DNA of 64,000 nucleotides from an uncultured Phascolarctobacterium sp. (GCA_949288065.1 CASEIL010000005.1:53239-117238); one strand, 5' to 3'. Positions 1 through 9,177 are shown, counted from the stretch's first letter. Translations and numbers: made by a program. Notes: a model not told the origin generated them from the sequence alone.

Positions 1-375
1 AAACGCTTCGTTAATGTCCTGATATTTTAAATTTTCGGCAGCATAGTTAAGGTAGGACCAGCCCATCTGCACTACGTCCGGGTTCTTGCCGGAGGCAATG
101 GCTGCCTGCAAGTTTTGGGTAAGGCCTTTATACATATCCGGATTGTATTTTTCTACAACCTCAATATTGGGATGCTTTTCGTTAAAATCCTTTACCAGCT
201 CTTTAACGGTTTGCCCGCCGAAGCTTTCGGAAGCAACGTGCCAGTATTCAATTTGCACCTTTTTGCCGCTGGCAGTATCGGCAGATTTGTTATCGCCGCC
301 GCAGCCTGCAAAAAAGGCCGTACACATGGTTGCAAGCAGCACGCCTGCAATTTTTTTCTTTAAGCTCATATTCAT
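1..375 (-). CDS. ABC transporter extracellular solute-binding lipoprotein (UgpB/SBP_bac_1-like), 5' part; runs off the window
   Basis: Manual translation MNMSLKKKIAGVLLATMCTAFFAGCGGDNKS...VQIEYWH...ELVKDFNEKHPNIEV...AIASGKNPDVVQ; lipobox FAGC; GGAGG RBS upstream of ATG 375. Confidence 0.85.
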   Translation of the reverse strand, partial: MNMSLKKKIAGVLLATMCTAFFAGCGGDNKSADTASGKKVQIEYWHVASESFGGQTVKELVKDFNEKHPNIEVVEKYNPDMYKGLTQNLQAAIASGKNPDVVQMGWSYLNYAAENLKYQDINEAF

Positions 376-541
376 AACCCTCCATAATTTTATTGGTTGC
401 CTGTATCTTATCAAGTAAATTTAAAATGCAATGTAGGCAGCGGGTAAAATGCAAATCAAATAAATGTAGTTTTGGTTAAAAAGCTGTAAATTATGTAAAA
501 TTTAAAACACAATTAATTCACATCGCGCCCGGCGCGCGAAG

Positions 542-570
542 TTGACCGCAGGCGGCGCTTACGCTAAAAT
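542..570 (+). promoter_or_regulatory. sigma-A-like promoter for lemA
   Basis: TTGACC-17 bp-TAAAAT. Confidence 0.6.
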
Positions 571-603
571 ATAAGTAATAAATTTAAGGAGGTTACCCCA
601 ACG

Positions 604-1158
604 ATGAATAAAAATTTAATGATTGTTATTGCCGCCCTGCTGGTGATGTTTGGCCTTGTGATGAGCGGCTACAACAACCTTGTAAGCATGAACGAAAACA
701 TTAACGGCAAATGGTCTCAAATTGAAAACCAACTGCAGCGCCGCAACGATTTAATACCCAACCTGGTAAACACCGTTAAGGGCTATGCCACGCACGAAAA
801 CGATGTGTTTAAGGCTGTTGCCGATGCGCGTGCCAAACTGGGCGGCGCTAAAACTGTTGCTGAAGCCAGCGCTGCCGACGGCGAACTTACCAGCGCACTG
901 AGCCGCCTGCTGGTAGTTGCCGAAAACTACCCGCAGCTGAAGGCCAACGCTAACTTTACACAGTTACAGGATGAACTTGCCGGCACCGAAAACCGCATTG
1001 CCGTATCCCGTCAGGATTACAACAACGCCGTGCAGGAATTTAACGCCAGCATTAAGCAGTTTCCCACCGTGCTGTACGCAGGCATTTTGGGCTTTAGCCA
1101 GCGCGATTATTTTGAAGTGCCCGAAAGCGCCAAAGCCGTGCCGCAGGTGCAATTTTAA
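604..1158 (+). CDS. lemA: LemA family protein
   Basis: N-terminal TM; QLQRRNDLIPNLVNTVKGY, ENYPQLKAN and ELAGTENRIAVSR motifs. Confidence 0.95.
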   Translation: MNKNLMIVIAALLVMFGLVMSGYNNLVSMNENINGKWSQIENQLQRRNDLIPNLVNTVKGYATHENDVFKAVADARAKLGGAKTVAEASAADGELTSALSRLLVVAENYPQLKANANFTQLQDELAGTENRIAVSRQDYNNAVQEFNASIKQFPTVLYAGILGFSQRDYFEVPESAKAVPQVQF

Positions 1159-1177
1159 CCGTTAAGGAAGCAAAAGC

Positions 1178-1939
1178 ATGATTAAGCAATACCTCATCCT
1201 GCTTTTGGTGCTGCTGCAAACCTTTTTTGCCGCAGCCGGGCTGGAGGCGGCGGAAATACCGCCCAAACCGCAGGCAGGCACCAATATTTATGTGCAGGAT
1301 TACGCCAATGTTATTCCGCCCGACGGCGAAAAAGTAATTTATGCGCTGGGTCGCGAGCTGGACGCCAAAACAACGGCGCAGGTTGCCGTGCTAACCGTGC
1401 CCACGCTGGACGGCGAGCCGATTGAAAGCTATGCGCTGAACGTGCTGCGCAGCTGGGGCATTGGCAGCCGCGATAAAAATAACGGCGTGCTGATTTTGGT
1501 TGCCACAAACGACCGGCAGAGCCGCATTGAAGTTGGCTACGGGCTGGAGGGCGCGCTGCCCGACGGCTTAACCGGGCGCATACAGGACGAAACCATGCTG
1601 CCGTACTTCCGCGAGGGCAAATACGCCGAGGGCATTGTTAACGGCTATGCCGCAACGGCGGCGACAGTTGCCAAAGAGTACAACGTAAAGCTGGAAGGCG
1701 TTAATTACACGCCGCCCGCGCCTAAGCAGGACGACAGCCTGCCGCTGTGGGCTAAAATCGCCATCGGCGTGGGCATTGCCGTGCTGCTGATTATTGATAA
1801 TTTGTTCTTCGGCGGGTTCATCACCCAAATACTGATACTCTCCATCTTCCGCCGCGGCGGAGGAGGCGGAGGCTTCGGCGGCGGTGGCACCTTTGGCGGG
1901 GGCAGCGGCGGTGGCGGCGGCTCCAGCCGAAGGTGGTAG
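1178..1939 (+). CDS. TPM domain (YgcG-like) membrane protein with Gly-rich tail
   Basis: WGIG..KNNGVLILVA..DRQSRIEVGYGLEGALPD; typical lemA partner. Confidence 0.92.
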   Translation: MIKQYLILLLVLLQTFFAAAGLEAAEIPPKPQAGTNIYVQDYANVIPPDGEKVIYALGRELDAKTTAQVAVLTVPTLDGEPIESYALNVLRSWGIGSRDKNNGVLILVATNDRQSRIEVGYGLEGALPDGLTGRIQDETMLPYFREGKYAEGIVNGYAATAATVAKEYNVKLEGVNYTPPAPKQDDSLPLWAKIAIGVGIAVLLIIDNLFFGGFITQILILSIFRRGGGGGGFGGGGTFGGGSGGGGGSSRRW

Positions 1940-1972
1940 GGTAAAGTTAATATTGAAGGTTTAATAGTAAAT

Positions 1973-2010
1973 AAAAAAGCACCGTACTGAAAAGTACGGT
2001 GCTTTTTCTT
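1973..2010 (+). terminator. intrinsic terminator after TPM gene
   Basis: GCACCGTACT-gaaa-AGTACGGTGC followed by T tract. Confidence 0.85.
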
Positions 2011-2021
2011 CCCCATAACAC

Positions 2022-2059
2022 AAAAGCAGCTGCGGCACAAGTGCCGCAGCTGCTTTTTT
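2022..2059 (-). terminator. intrinsic terminator after hsp20 (bidirectional hairpin)
   Basis: AAAAGCAGCTGCGGCAC-aa-GTGCCGCAGCTGCTTTT. Confidence 0.8.
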
Positions 2060-2076
2060 AGTTTATGCTATTATTA

Positions 2077-2526
2077 TCAGCCTTCAATGGCGATGTATTT
2101 TTTTCCTTCTACTGCTTTTGCATCTTTTTTAGGAATGCTCAGTTTAAGAATACCGTCCTCGTATTTAGCGTGGATTTCTTCTTCTTTAACAGCATCGCCT
2201 ACATAGAAGCTTCTCGACATGCTGCCGCTGTAACGCTCACGGCGGATGTAATGGCCTTCTTTATCCTTCTCGTCCTTATCAACGCCTTTCGCAGCCGATA
2301 CGGTTAAGTAGCCATTTTCAAGATGAGCGGTGATTTCATCTTTTTTAAAGCCCGGCAGGTCAATGTCAAGCTCATAAGATTTATCAGTTTCTTTAACGTC
2401 CGTCTTCATAAGGTTTTTGCTGTGTTTGCCATACAGCGGATTGCGTGCGCCAAAAAAGTTTCTTTCAAAAGCATCGTCCATAAAGTCATCAAATAAGTTT
2501 TCACTAAACAGTGCAGGTAACATCAT
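2077..2526 (-). CDS. Hsp20/alpha-crystallin small heat shock protein
   Basis: KTDVKET..YELDIDLPGFKKDEI, YIRRERYSGSMSRSF, AKYEDGILKLSIPK. Confidence 0.95.
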   Translation of the reverse strand: MMLPALFSENLFDDFMDDAFERNFFGARNPLYGKHSKNLMKTDVKETDKSYELDIDLPGFKKDEITAHLENGYLTVSAAKGVDKDEKDKEGHYIRRERYSGSMSRSFYVGDAVKEEEIHAKYEDGILKLSIPKKDAKAVEGKKYIAIEG

Positions 2527-2651
2527 AATAAATACTTCCTTTCAAACTACACAATTTATATCAGCAGTCTCAAAGGCTGTCGCTTCTGAACTTCCGGGCC
2601 GCCCCCTCATCGGGGCCTTCCTTCGTTCTGAATATAATATACCACTTGTTG

Positions 2652-2678
2652 TTAGCACTGTCAATAGGTGAGTGCTAA
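2652..2678. promoter_or_regulatory. CIRCE element (HrcA operator) overlapping the hsp20 -35
   Basis: Minus strand TTAGCACTC-N9-CAGTGCTAA (1 mismatch to consensus); promoter TTGACA(2664-2659)-17-TATATT(2641-2636). Confidence 0.93.
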
Positions 2679-2754
2679 AATTTTAAAAATTTTTTAATCT
2701 TTTTTTATTAATAATTAAAAAACTGCTGCAAGCCTCCTCACAGCAGTTTGGTTT

Positions 2755-4314
2755 TTAGCCCTTCACCCTGCGGCTGCTTAACCACACGGCTAACGCCGAT
2801 ATTGCCAGCATCAGCGCCAGCGCCGCGCCCGGAAGCAAAGCCTTAAACATAAGCACCCATCCGCACGCCGCCAAAACAGCCCACAACGCCCCCAGCCACA
2901 GCGCAATTTTATTGTTTTGTTTACGCACCGCGTTCAGCCTGCCGCTAAGCACAACGGCCTGCGCTAAATTATCTACGCTCTGCACCAGCAAACCGCCTGC
3001 CTGCGTGCCTGTCGGGCTGTAAAACACAGCGGCTGCCCCGCCCGGTGCCGGTTTAACCACCGCTAAAAATTCGCCGGTGCGGCAAAAAGCGTCCGCCAGT
3101 TCCTTTTGGTGCGCTTCGGCAAGCTCTGCCACAGTCCGGCTAAAGCCGGCTTTGGCAGCAGTGTATTCTGCCGCTGCCTTAGTGCCGCTGCTGAACATTA
3201 CCGTGCGGACGCCGAGCCTTTGCAATGCCTGCACCGCTGCGCCCGCCTCCGTATTAACGCCCTGCCCCACGGCGATAAGCCCCAGCAGCTTGCGGCCGGA
3301 GGTGAGCATATAAACCTGTTTGACCTGCGCGGCAAAGCTGTGCTGCATAGCCGCAAACTGCGGCGGCACGCTTGCCACTGTACGCACAAAATCTAACGTG
3401 CCCATGCGGATGTTTTTACCCGCGCACTGCACCGATACGCCGCCGCGCATTTTTACCGCGCCGCTGCAAACCGGCAGGACGAGGCCCTGCGCCTGCGCTG
3501 CAAACAGCCCTGCCTGCGGCAGCTGCGCCACCTGGCTTACGGCGGCTGCCAGCGCCAATAGCTGCGCCTCGCTGATGGTTGTGGTTACTATATCCGTTAT
3601 CTCCTGCGCCGTGCCTTTGGCAAGCGCTTCGTCAAAAACTGCCATGGTTAAGCGGCGGCACTCCTCCGCCGAGGCGGCATCGTTAAAGGCATAGCCGTTT
3701 TGTTTAGCGTTGTGCAGCGCATAATACAAGGGCAGGCTTTGCCCCAGCATAAACACGCCTGCGCCTGCCGCAAGCAGCACTGCGCCCGCAGCCTGCCACG
3801 CCGCCGCTGCGCCCAGCCCGTAAAACCACCAGCTAAGCGCCGCCACCAGTGCCATTACAAAAACTGCGGGCAGCACAAACGCCGCGGTTGCGTCCGCTTC
3901 TTCAGCTGCCGTTATGCCGCTGCTGTTTTTAACATAACCATCTATAAATAATAACAGTAAATTAACTGCTAAAGGCGCCATTAACAGCGCTGCAACGCCC
4001 GTGCCCTGCCCTGCAAGTTTTAAGCCCGCGCCAATAGCTGCGCAAACTGCCACAATGCAGGCAGCAAACAAAAGCCCCTGCATCTGCGGCACGCCGCCAA
4101 ACAAACTGCGCCTGCCGCTGTTTAAAAACGGGCGCGCAAAATACACCAGCGGCGCAGCAACCACTATCTGCAAAATAAACAGCGCCGCGCTAAAGCGCCA
4201 ATCCGCCCACGGTGTGGGAACAACAAGCGCTGCGCACGCCAGCACAAATATAGCTGCCGCCAGCCCAGCGCACAGCTTTAAATCCTTTACGGTTATGGTT
4301 CTGTTCCGTTCCAT
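2755..4314 (-). CDS. Degenerate heavy-metal P1B-type ATPase-like membrane protein (catalytic motifs lost)
   Basis: CopA-like layout (TM helices, GRKLLGLIAV, AVQALQRLGVRTVM, RLNAVRKQN), but FDEALAKG replaces FDKTGTLT and CPC, TGE and GDGxND are absent. Confidence 0.7.
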   Translation of the reverse strand: MERNRTITVKDLKLCAGLAAAIFVLACAALVVPTPWADWRFSAALFILQIVVAAPLVYFARPFLNSGRRSLFGGVPQMQGLLFAACIVAVCAAIGAGLKLAGQGTGVAALLMAPLAVNLLLLFIDGYVKNSSGITAAEEADATAAFVLPAVFVMALVAALSWWFYGLGAAAAWQAAGAVLLAAGAGVFMLGQSLPLYYALHNAKQNGYAFNDAASAEECRRLTMAVFDEALAKGTAQEITDIVTTTISEAQLLALAAAVSQVAQLPQAGLFAAQAQGLVLPVCSGAVKMRGGVSVQCAGKNIRMGTLDFVRTVASVPPQFAAMQHSFAAQVKQVYMLTSGRKLLGLIAVGQGVNTEAGAAVQALQRLGVRTVMFSSGTKAAAEYTAAKAGFSRTVAELAEAHQKELADAFCRTGEFLAVVKPAPGGAAAVFYSPTGTQAGGLLVQSVDNLAQAVVLSGRLNAVRKQNNKIALWLGALWAVLAACGWVLMFKALLPGAALALMLAISALAVWLSSRRVKG

Positions 4315-4321
4315 GCTACCC

Positions 4322-5137
4322 TCACGCACGCTCCACGCGCGCCTCAATGCTCATTAAATATTCGTCGTCGTGCTGCTCAGAAAGGTAATTGGTAATGTCG
4401 TTCTGGTAAATGCCGCCGCACACGGCATAACCCAACGCCGCCACGCCGCTGCAAAAAGCAGCAAATTCCTGCGGCAAATCGTCGTAGCTGCTGCGCACAT
4501 ATTTTACGGCGTATAGCCCCGCAGGCTTAACGTGCAGATAGCGGCTTTTAATTTTTTTGCTGATGCGCGAGGTATAAAAGGCAATATTAAAGCTGCCGTT
4601 TTGCACATCCTTCAGCTCAATCAGCTCGCCGGTAACAAAATCGTCATACGCATTGTGTTTGTTGCAGTAATCCCACAGGCGCGAAATCGCTGCCCACAGC
4701 TCCTTTTCGCTGTTGCCGCGCGGCCTGTCGCTAACTATAAAATACTCCTCCGGCAGCTGCCGGATACTGATTACGCCTTCCTCCTCCTCAAACGCCCTGC
4801 CGGTAATGGCCAGCGTGTTGCGCAAAAGGCGGCGGCGGCGCGTAAGCACGTCAATTTTTTCCTTCAGGCGCTTGTCCTGCTCCTTTAAAAGCTCCACAAA
4901 CGCGTCCGTATCGCGCCCGTCCATATAGCTTTTAATATCCTGCAAGGGCAGGCCCAGCTCCTTCAGCGTCGTTATCAAATCGAACATATACAGCTGGTTC
5001 AGCGCATAATAGCGGTAGCCGTTGGCAGCCGTGCGCACCGGCTTTAAAAGGCCGATAGCGTCATAATAAAAAAGCGTATCCTTGGTTGTATTGCAAAACG
5101 CGGCAAACTCGCCCGTTTTTAAAAATCTCTGCGTCAC
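4322..5137 (-). CDS. MerR family regulator, BltR/BmrR type with GyrI-like effector domain
   Basis: TGEFAAFCNTTKDTLFYYDAIGLLKP..NGYRYY; C-terminal KPAGLYAV. Confidence 0.92.
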   Translation of the reverse strand: MTQRFLKTGEFAAFCNTTKDTLFYYDAIGLLKPVRTAANGYRYYALNQLYMFDLITTLKELGLPLQDIKSYMDGRDTDAFVELLKEQDKRLKEKIDVLTRRRRLLRNTLAITGRAFEEEEGVISIRQLPEEYFIVSDRPRGNSEKELWAAISRLWDYCNKHNAYDDFVTGELIELKDVQNGSFNIAFYTSRISKKIKSRYLHVKPAGLYAVKYVRSSYDDLPQEFAAFCSGVAALGYAVCGGIYQNDITNYLSEQHDDEYLMSIEARVERA

Positions 5138-5148
5138 AAAAACACCTC

Positions 5149-5179
5149 TTGACTATGGTGCAGCACCATACTTTATACT
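5149..5179 (+). promoter_or_regulatory. MerR-type promoter (19-bp spacer with dyad) for the SMR pair
   Basis: TTGACT-19 bp-TATACT; perfect dyad TATGGTGC-A-GCACCATA at 5154-5170. Confidence 0.88.
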
Positions 5180-5227
5180 TATTATAGCGGTTAAAACAGC
5201 TTACCGCAAGCGAAAGGATGAATTATT

Positions 5228-5563
5228 ATGACGCACTTTTATATGCTGCTGGCAGCCATCGGGCTGGAAGTTGCCGGCACTACATTTATGAAGTTTTCCG
5301 TAACGCACGAATGGCTTATCGGCTACCCGGTAATGCTCCTCGCCATGGGCTGCTCGTACTTCTGCCTCAGCAAGGCGGTTAAAAAAATACCCATCAGCGT
5401 TGCCTACGCCGTTTGGGAAGGGCTTGGCCTTGCGGGTACGGCTTTAATGGCGTGGCTTATTTTTAATGAAACCATGCCGCCCGTTAAGCTTTTGGCCTTC
5501 GGCGTCATCATTGCCGGGCTGGTAATGCTTAAAAACGGCACCGCCAAAACGGAGTGTGATTAA
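5228..5563 (+). CDS. SMR/DMT efflux subunit (MdtJ-like)
   Basis: 4 TM; conserved Glu in LEVAGTTFMK; AYAVWEGLG. Confidence 0.88.
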   Translation: MTHFYMLLAAIGLEVAGTTFMKFSVTHEWLIGYPVMLLAMGCSYFCLSKAVKKIPISVAYAVWEGLGLAGTALMAWLIFNETMPPVKLLAFGVIIAGLVMLKNGTAKTECD

Positions 5564-5565
5564 AA

Positions 5566-5889
5566 ATGACGCAGATTACAGGTTTTATTTATATTATCAT
5601 TGCCGTTACGCTGGATATTTTAGCTAATATGTGCTTAAAAAAATCTAACGGCTTTGCCGTGAAAAAATATGGTTACGGCGCACTGGCGCTGGTTGGCGCA
5701 GCGTTTATGTTTATGGCGCAGGCACTGAAAACGCTTGATTTAAGCATTGCCTACGCGCTGTGGGGCACCATTGGTATTTTGGGCACCACCTTTATAGATA
5801 AGCTGTTTTTCGGGCTCAAAATTAAACCGCTGGGGCTTTTCGGCATCGCCACCATGATTGGCGGCATAGTGCTGTTAAAAATGATATAA
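5566..5889 (+). CDS. SMR/DMT efflux subunit (MdtI-like)
   Basis: LDILANMCLKKSNGF; DLSIAYALWG; paired SMR arrangement. Confidence 0.88.
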   Translation: MTQITGFIYIIIAVTLDILANMCLKKSNGFAVKKYGYGALALVGAAFMFMAQALKTLDLSIAYALWGTIGILGTTFIDKLFFGLKIKPLGLFGIATMIGGIVLLKMI

Positions 5890-5915
5890 CTTCCGCCCTC
5901 CCTGTTGCGGATAGT

Positions 5916-5946
5916 AAAAAAGCGAAGGCGTTATGCCTTCGCTTTT
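5916..5946. terminator. bidirectional intrinsic terminator
   Basis: AAAAAAGCGAAGGC-gttat-GCCTTCGCTTTT between convergent genes. Confidence 0.85.
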
Positions 5947-5959
5947 GTTTTGGCTAAAA

Positions 5960-7246
5960 TCAAGCCTCATCTTTTTTATTTTTGTAAACAAAGTAATAGA
6001 ACGGTACGGCGATAACCGCTGCGCCAAGGCCCATAATGAGCTGCTGCGGTTTAGCCTGCGCCAGCAGCCACAAACTCGTCAGCACGGCGATAGCAGGGAT
6101 AACCGGGCCGAACGGAATTTTAAACGCACGCGGCGCATCCGGCATTTTTTTGCGGAACACCGGAATGGACAGGCACGTCGGGATATACTGCGAGAAACGC
6201 GATACCACGCTGATGGAAGCGAGGAAGGTAAAGCTGCCGGTGTAGGCAATAAGCATCGCAATAACGGTCGATGCCAGAATGCACCAGTACGGAGCGTTAA
6301 AGCGGTTGCGCTTCGTCATAACGGCAGGCAGCATGCCTTTTTCGGCCAAAGCCAGGCAGCTGTACGGCGTTACAAAGGAAGAACTGATGCACAGCGCGCC
6401 GATAGAAATAAGCGTACCGGAAGCAACAATGCCGGTGCCGAAAGGCCCTGCAATTTTACCAAAGGCATCCTGCACAGGCACAGTAGTATTGGCAAGGTCG
6501 TAGCCCATAATGCCGATAGCGCACGCCAGCAGCAAAAAGTAAATGGCAGCTACAATCATAATGGCAACCAAAATTGCGCGCGGCAGGTTCTTCTGCGGGT
6601 TGTCCATTTCGGAAGCCGCAACGGCGATGCTCTCAAAGCCGGTAAAGGTAAAGAACAGCATTACCGCAGCCGTGCCAAAAGTGCCCGGCGTGTATTCCCC
6701 GCCCGGGAACAGCGGCGTAAAGTTAGCGGTATCAATAAAGAAAATGCCCATGCCGATAAACAGCACAAACGGCAGAATTTTCGCCACCGTCGCCAGGTTT
6801 TGAATAACCTTAAACAGCTGCACGCCGAACAGGTTCATCGTGGCCAGCAACGCAAAAATTACGGTAACAATAACATTTTTCATCATCGGGGAAGCAAGTT
6901 CAGGGATAATCCCGCCCAAAGCGGTGGCAAAGCCTACACCCATAGTAGAGAACGCAATAATGCGCGTAATCCACGTTAAAAAGCCAACCTCGTAGCCGAT
7001 GAAGTTGCCGAACGCCTCTTTGGCGTAAATGTACGGGCCGCCGTTATCCTTAAACAGGCCGCTGGCTTCGGCAAAGCAAAAGGTCATAGCCAGCACCAGC
7101 AGCATATCAAACAAAAGTACGCCCAGGCTTGCCGGGCCGATGATGCTTACAGCCTGGTTCGGCAGCAGGAAAATGCCCGAACCGATGATGCTGTTAATGC
7201 CAAAAAGCACAATCGTCCAAAAGCCCATTTTAGCTTTATTGCTCAT
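5960..7246 (-). CDS. APC family amino acid/polyamine permease
   Basis: GINSIIGSGIFLLP, GGPYIYAKEAFG, FTGFES; about 12 TM. Confidence 0.93.
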   Translation of the reverse strand: MSNKAKMGFWTIVLFGINSIIGSGIFLLPNQAVSIIGPASLGVLLFDMLLVLAMTFCFAEASGLFKDNGGPYIYAKEAFGNFIGYEVGFLTWITRIIAFSTMGVGFATALGGIIPELASPMMKNVIVTVIFALLATMNLFGVQLFKVIQNLATVAKILPFVLFIGMGIFFIDTANFTPLFPGGEYTPGTFGTAAVMLFFTFTGFESIAVAASEMDNPQKNLPRAILVAIMIVAAIYFLLLACAIGIMGYDLANTTVPVQDAFGKIAGPFGTGIVASGTLISIGALCISSSFVTPYSCLALAEKGMLPAVMTKRNRFNAPYWCILASTVIAMLIAYTGSFTFLASISVVSRFSQYIPTCLSIPVFRKKMPDAPRAFKIPFGPVIPAIAVLTSLWLLAQAKPQQLIMGLGAAVIAVPFYYFVYKNKKDEA

Positions 7247-7263
7247 TTACAAATCACCTTCAA

Positions 7264-7995
7264 TTATTTTTTGCTTGCAGCCACGCGGCTGATAAAATCG
7301 GCAAAAATTTTGCGCATTTCTGCGTGTTCCTGCCACATGTTTTCTGGGTGCCACTGCACGGCAACAATCTGGCCATCGGTGCTTTCGATAGCTTCTACCA
7401 CGCCGTCGGCAGCTTTGGCAGTAACCTTTAAGCCTTCGCCCACCTTTTTAATGCCCTGGTGGTGACGGGAATTTACATAGGCCTTTTCACCGAGGGAACC
7501 ATACAAAAGGCTGTCCTTTTCTACCGTAACGTGGTGCGTGGGGTAGCAGCCGTTAGCGCCCTGCGAATGGCGGATATAAGCGTCCGGGTTTTCGCTCGCC
7601 AAATCCTGATACACATTGCCGCCCATCATAATGTTGATGAACTGGCAGCCGCGGCAAATGCCAAAAATCGGCTTGCCCGCCTTGTAAAAGGCTTTGAACA
7701 TTTCTGCTTCAAACACATCGCGCTTGTAGTTTGTAGCGCCAATATGCTGCGAAGGCTCTTCGCCGAAGAAAGTGGGATCAGCATCCGGCCCGCCGGGAAT
7801 AATCAGCGCGTCGAACAAATCAACATAATCCTCGCCTTTAGCGCCGGGAACATCCGGCAAAACAATGGGCAGCGCGCCCAGTTCATTTACAATATCGACA
7901 AGGCCGCGTGCCGTAAAAGGCGCACGCACAAGGTTGGTTACATCACTGGCGTACGGGTAAGTATCGGCAGTGATGGCAATACGCAATTTAGACAT
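7264..7995 (-). CDS. gamma-glutamyl-gamma-aminobutyrate hydrolase family protein (peptidase C26, PuuD-like)
   Basis: GICRG, VNSRHHQ and VQWHPE catalytic motifs; GGAGG RBS before ATG 7995. Confidence 0.92.
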   Translation of the reverse strand: MSKLRIAITADTYPYASDVTNLVRAPFTARGLVDIVNELGALPIVLPDVPGAKGEDYVDLFDALIIPGGPDADPTFFGEEPSQHIGATNYKRDVFEAEMFKAFYKAGKPIFGICRGCQFINIMMGGNVYQDLASENPDAYIRHSQGANGCYPTHHVTVEKDSLLYGSLGEKAYVNSRHHQGIKKVGEGLKVTAKAADGVVEAIESTDGQIVAVQWHPENMWQEHAEMRKIFADFISRVAASKK

Positions 7996-8204
7996 AATTA
8001 CCTCCAAAATTATAAATTTAAAATAACCTGCATATTTGCAGCACTATTATTATATACCGCCATGCCAAAATTGCAAGATGGGCAGTGATAATAAGTATTT
8101 TCTGAAAATTGGGGAACAGTTTAAGAAACACTTTTGCCATTGCCTGCCCTACGGCAGAAAACAAAAAAGACACCGGCGTTAACCGATGTCCTTAGCTTTT
8201 AATT

Positions 8205-8295
8205 TGGCGGAGTGGCAGGGATTTGAACCCTGGCGGGAGTTGCCCCCCCTAACGATTTAGCAAACCGTCCTCTTCAGCCACTTGAGTACCACTCC
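8205..8295 (-). tRNA. tRNA-Ser (GCT)
   Basis: GGAGTGGTACTCAAGTGG...GGTTTGCTAAATC...GGTTCAAATCC...CTCCGCCA; long variable arm. Confidence 0.97.
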
Positions 8296-8398
8296 GTTTG
8301 ACTTACTTAAATAGTATACACTATCTTTAGCTGTTTTGCAAGTGTTTGTTTAATAAATTTTTAAATTTTAGCAGGCGCTTGCCGACACCGCAAAAATA

Positions 8399-8486
8399 TG
8401 GCGGAGAGGGTGGGATTCGAACCCACGGAGGCTTGCACCTCGCTGGTTTTCAAGACCAGAGCCTTAAACCACTCGACCACCTCTCC
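8399..8486 (-). tRNA. tRNA-Ser (TGA)
   Basis: GGAGAGGTGGTCGAGTGG...GTCTTGAAAAC...GGTTCGAATCC...CTCCGCCA; own promoter TTGACG-17-TATAAT upstream. Confidence 0.97.
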
Positions 8487-8535
8487 CTGCTAATGTTTTA
8501 TTATATGATAAATCTATCCTGCCGTCAAGCGGTGC

Positions 8536-9168
8536 TTATTTTAAAATTTTCGCCGTCGCTGCCAGCACATACTCCTCCGCCGCCAGTGCGTCTGCCTCAA
8601 GGCGCTGCATTTTAGCGCGCGCCGCCGCTGTGTAGGCTTCGTCCTTAATCATCCCCAGGTTAATTTTTACGTTATAAAGTGCGCTGCGCACCGCCGCCCG
8701 CGCCATAAGGGCGGATACCGTGCCGTCGCTGATGGCGTTGGGGTTGCCAAAGTCAATCAACTGCTGTGCCAGCTCCAGCACCTGCGCAGCTTTTTCGGCA
8801 ATCTGCATCGGCACCTCTGCCGCCGCTATTGCCGCGGTCTGAATCGCCGCCGTACGCGCCGCTTTTTCCTCATCCGTCGTTTTGGGCAGCTTGTACGCCG
8901 CCATAAATTTGCCAAACACCGCCGCATCGTCGTCAGCCAGCGCACCAAGTTCTGCGCGCAACTCATCCGCCTTAGCGATGATGGCCGCCGTTTGCTGCTC
9001 GCGCTCCTCGCTGCCTGCCTTGCCAGCCGTTAAATTAGCCAGCATGGCCGTTAACGCCGCCGCGGTTGCCCCACACAATGCCGAGGCCGCACCGCCGCCC
9101 GGAGTGGGCTGTTTGCTTGCCAGCACCTGCAAAAAAGCGCCGCAGTTTGTATTAAGTAATTTTTCCAT
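8536..9168 (-). CDS. Formiminotetrahydrofolate cyclodeaminase/cyclohydrolase family (FTCD_C)
   Basis: LASKQPTPGGGAASA, GNPNAISD, YNVKINL. Confidence 0.92.
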   Translation of the reverse strand: MEKLLNTNCGAFLQVLASKQPTPGGGAASALCGATAAALTAMLANLTAGKAGSEEREQQTAAIIAKADELRAELGALADDDAAVFGKFMAAYKLPKTTDEEKAARTAAIQTAAIAAAEVPMQIAEKAAQVLELAQQLIDFGNPNAISDGTVSALMARAAVRSALYNVKINLGMIKDEAYTAAARAKMQRLEADALAAEEYVLAATAKILK

Positions 9169-9177
9169 AGCTTCCTC

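Noticed and set aside
1853-1921. GGC-rich repeat
   Set aside because: It encodes the usual Gly-rich tail of TPM-domain proteins.
5933-6979. 348-aa plus-strand ORF and the many other ORFs antisense to cluster genes (e.g. 39340-40473, 30127-31002)
   Set aside because: Shadow ORFs of GC-rich real genes on the opposite strand.
8205-8486. tRNA-Ser genes as an island integration site
   Set aside because: No integrase and no duplicated tRNA 3' end seen in the window.
8346-8615. 89-aa plus-strand ORF
   Set aside because: Overlaps tRNA-Ser(TGA) on the opposite strand.
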